A stretch of 64,000 bases of DNA from a virus: IMG/VR virus record IMGVR_UViG_3300029431_000104. The stretch is one strand, 5' to 3'. A program made the translations under genes and the position numbers. The notes under the pieces are model-generated. The model made no database searches, was not told where the DNA came from, and saw only the letters and a program-made list of their open reading frames with translations. Shown here piece after piece: positions 61,846 through 64,000 of this stretch; the first letter of the stretch is position 1, and each line of letters opens with the position of its first letter.

Positions 61846-62748
61846 ATGAAAACAACATTACTTATCATGGCGGCCGGAATCGGCAGCCGATTTGGAATAG
61901 GAATCAAACAGTTGGAGCCAGTAGATGCTTCTAATCATATTATCATGGACTACTCAATCCATGATGCAATTGAAGCAGGTTTTAACCATGTGGTATTTAT
62001 TATTCGTAAGGACATCGAGAAAGAGTTCAAAGAGGTAATTGGTGAGCGTATTGCCTCTATTTGCGCTTCTCATGATGTAACTGTGGACTACGCTTTCCAG
62101 GATATCAATGATATTCCGGGAACTCTGCCGGAAGGTCGCACAAAACCTTGGGGAACAGGTCAAGCCGTGCTTGCAGCAAAGGACGTAATTAAAACTCCGT
62201 TCATCGTGATCAACGCAGACGATTACTATGGCAAGGAAGGCTTCAAGGCCATCCACGAGTATCTGGTAAATGGCGGTGAGTCTTGCATGGCTGGCTTTGT
62301 GCTGAAGAACACACTGTCCGATAACGGTGGTGTGACTCGTGGTATCTGCAAAATGGATGGGAATGGAAACTTGACTGAGGTTGTGGAAACCAAGAACATA
62401 GTCAAGACTGCAGATGGAGCAGAGACAGATGGTGTGGTTGTTGATGTAAATTCTCTGGTTTCCATGAATATGTGGGGCTTGACTCCTGATTTTCTGGATG
62501 TGCTGGAAAATGGTTTCAAGGAGTTTTTCGAGAAAGAAGTACCGAGCAATCCTCAGAAAGCCGAGTATCTGATCCCAATCTTCATCGGTGAGCTGCTGGA
62601 GCAGGGAAAGATGTCCGTAAAGGTCCTGAAGACCAACGATACTTGGTATGGTATGACCTACCACGAGGATGTCGCAGCCGTAAAAAACAGCTTCAAGAAA
62701 ATGTTGGCGGATGGTGTGTACAAGGCTGATTTGTTTTCAGACTTGTGA
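61846..62748 (+). CDS. sugar-phosphate nucleotidyltransferase (probably host gene)
   Basis: LIMAAGIGSRFG (GxGxR nucleotidyltransferase motif), VINADDYYG; 300 aa. Confidence 0.7.
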   Translation: MKTTLLIMAAGIGSRFGIGIKQLEPVDASNHIIMDYSIHDAIEAGFNHVVFIIRKDIEKEFKEVIGERIASICASHDVTVDYAFQDINDIPGTLPEGRTKPWGTGQAVLAAKDVIKTPFIVINADDYYGKEGFKAIHEYLVNGGESCMAGFVLKNTLSDNGGVTRGICKMDGNGNLTEVVETKNIVKTADGAETDGVVVDVNSLVSMNMWGLTPDFLDVLENGFKEFFEKEVPSNPQKAEYLIPIFIGELLEQGKMSVKVLKTNDTWYGMTYHEDVAAVKNSFKKMLADGVYKADLFSDL

Positions 62749-62788
62749 TATAATTGAGCTACCATAATAGGAAAGAGGTTTGTGTCCT

Positions 62789-63118
62789 ATGCCCAGAACA
62801 AAAGGTAGCAAGAATAAGCCCAAAACTGTGACTGCTGATTTTGCAACGCAGATTGCGGAAAAGCAGTCCGCGAAGGAAGCACTCACAGCGGAAATCGCAT
62901 CCATCACCGCCAACATTGACACTTTAAAGGCTAACCTGAAAGAGAAGAAGACTGCTCTGAAGAAGGCCGAAAAAGAAGTGGCAACGCTGGAGGCAAAAAA
63001 GGCGAAGGCAGACGCCAAAGCTGCAGAAGAAACAAAAAAGGCTGAAGCAGAGTCCGTTTTGAAAAAGTTGCTTGCCGAAGGCATGAGTGCTGATGAAATT
63101 CTCGCAAAACTGAAATAA
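62789..63118 (+). CDS. small Lys/Ala-rich coiled-coil protein beginning MPRTKGSKNKPK
   Basis: ATG 62789 after GAAAGAGG; the N-terminus is similar to the gene starting at 63943 (MPRTKKKVKS). Confidence 0.4.
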   Translation: MPRTKGSKNKPKTVTADFATQIAEKQSAKEALTAEIASITANIDTLKANLKEKKTALKKAEKEVATLEAKKAKADAKAAEETKKAEAESVLKKLLAEGMSADEILAKLK

Positions 63119-63265
63119 ATAGCAATGCCCACGATGAACAGGTACACCCACCTGCTTATCGTGGGTATTTTGTTTTATACTGTGTCTTTATGGAATAACG
63201 GTAAGGTTCGATTTTGAACTTTGCCGTTTTTCTTTTTGTCCAAATTTGTAAAATTTTCAAAACTG

Positions 63266-63560
63266 TATTCCAAAACGACCCTGCGGATTCCTATTAGTGT
63301 AGGGGCCTTCAAAATCTTTTGTGAAACGGCTTTCCTCTGGTTCTATAAGTGGGAATCGAACAAAATCTATATTCTAAAATTAGGCAGTTCAACAAAATTT
63401 GAAAATCTGGTTGCCAAACACCCATTTTAGATTGTTATAGGTAGAGGGGAACGTTGGAAAAATGAATTTTCTTTGAACTTTCAAAAGACCCGGTTTAAAA
63501 ACACCCCTTAAAGTTTGTATAGGGTATAGGAAGTGTTTTCAAAAGTAAGCCAATTCACTA
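63266..63560. repeat. three degenerate tandem repeats (~70-90 bp) in a non-coding tract
   Basis: Units beginning CCAAAACGACCCTGCGGATTCCTATTAGTGTAGGGGCC, CCAAACACCCATTTTAGATTGTTATAGGTAGAGGGGAAC and AAAAACACCCCTTAAAGTTTGTATAGGGTATAGGAAG. Confidence 0.3.
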
Positions 63561-63942
63561 CGGTATCACTGATGAAATTCCCTGATTCCTTACAAAGCTA
63601 CATCGCACCTTGAAAATTTCATGAGCCACCCCAGCTGGATACCTCTGGTACAGAATGTGCATTCTGCGCGTCTTACCAGAAAAAACGTCGGAGAGAATCG
63701 GACAGGAACGGGCTGGGACAGAGTGGACGGTAGTTAAGAGCAAGATTCGCCTTTGTATACGAAACCGCTCCTACGGGCGGTTTCTCCACGGCGGCATCTT
63801 GATGGGGATTGCGCTCCCCATACCCTCACATCGTGCAAAATCACATGATTTTGCCCATTGGTGGCCTGCCACAGCAGGTCACAGCCGGAGTGCAGATGCA
63901 CTTCCGGGAAAATCAAACCATTGATTTTGGAAAGGAGACCCC

Positions 63943-64000
63943 ATGCCACGAACAAAGAAAAAAGTGAAATCTATCGTAAAGACAAAAGTAATCTCCGCAC
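63943..64000 (+). CDS. partial CDS (5' end) of an MPRTK-initiated small basic protein
   Basis: AAAGGAGACCCC then ATG; MPRTKKKVKSIVKTKVISA...; truncated by the window edge. Confidence 0.35.
   Translation, partial: MPRTKKKVKSIVKTKVISA

Noticed and set aside
63330-63362. GGGAATCGAAC on the + strand reads GTTCGATTCCC on the - strand, resembling a tRNA T-loop followed by ...ACCA; a possible integration-site tRNA
   Set aside because: No 5-bp T-stem forms (TTTGG versus CCCAC), and no complementary acceptor strand or D/anticodon arms exist upstream. It is not a tRNA, and no tmRNA tag region was seen.

Overview
This window is almost entirely a temperate siphovirus-type prophage plus a recombinase-rich mobile module. 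The host appears to be a moderately GC-rich Firmicutes/Clostridia-like organism; that is an inference from codon usage and protein families, not a database result. Genes run almost entirely on the + strand, in this order:

- **Replication (62-6900):** VRR-NUC nuclease, SNF2 helicase and a prim-pol/D5-type primase-helicase.
- **Iteron-rich ori-like region (6998-7292).**
- **Likely anti-restriction block (7407-14546):** a phage-encoded SAM synthetase (MetK), an HNH endonuclease, zinc-ribbon proteins and three DNA methyltransferases (ParB-N/N6-N4 MTase fusion, a second N6/N4 MTase, a large C5-cytosine MTase).
- **Early/accessory region (14679-23450):** a ~50-bp strong promoter copied at least 8 times, each copy driving small, often poly-acidic ORFs. 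The same promoter drives a GS-like amidoligase (Amidoligase_2), a degenerate amidoligase paralog with a ~100-aa acidic insert, and two gamma-glutamyl cyclotransferase (GGCT/AIG2) paralogs.
- **Packaging and structural module (23639-47158):** TerS, TerL, portal, ClpP-like protease, HK97 major capsid, connectors, major tail protein, tail assembly chaperone with a -1 programmed frameshift, a 1969-aa tape measure, Dit, Tal, BppU-like protein and a tail fibre with a C-terminal SGNH esterase domain.
- **Two insertions inside the tail module:** an SPFH/band-7 membrane protein flanked by 18-bp UUCG-hairpin direct repeats, and an inverted three-gene cassette of a DUF3990 protein (with PARP-like H-G-S / G-x-G-x-Y-F-x8-Y motifs) plus two DUF3791-like small proteins.
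- **Lysis (47287-49998):** holin, a catalytic-domain-less SH3b/LysM wall-binding protein, and an amidase/glucosaminidase endolysin.
- **Recombinase module (50169-61205):** two tandem large serine recombinases, an Rpn/PD-(D/E)XK transposase-like gene, an XRE regulator, an AAA_25 ATPase, a third large serine recombinase and two standalone paralogs of its C-terminal domain. An 18-bp direct repeat (50393 and 61312) brackets this module. A dense array of AAGTGA-N6-TCACTT palindromes sits at 61331-61713.
- **Window end:** apparently host genes (a sugar-nucleotidyltransferase and MPRTK-initiated Lys/Ala-rich small proteins) and a degenerate tandem-repeat tract.

Also noted: an orphan PemK/MazF-like gene with an N-terminal basic Cys/His extension, preceded by 3x20-bp repeats, a promoter and a leader hairpin. 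No CRISPR array, rRNA or convincing tRNA was found.
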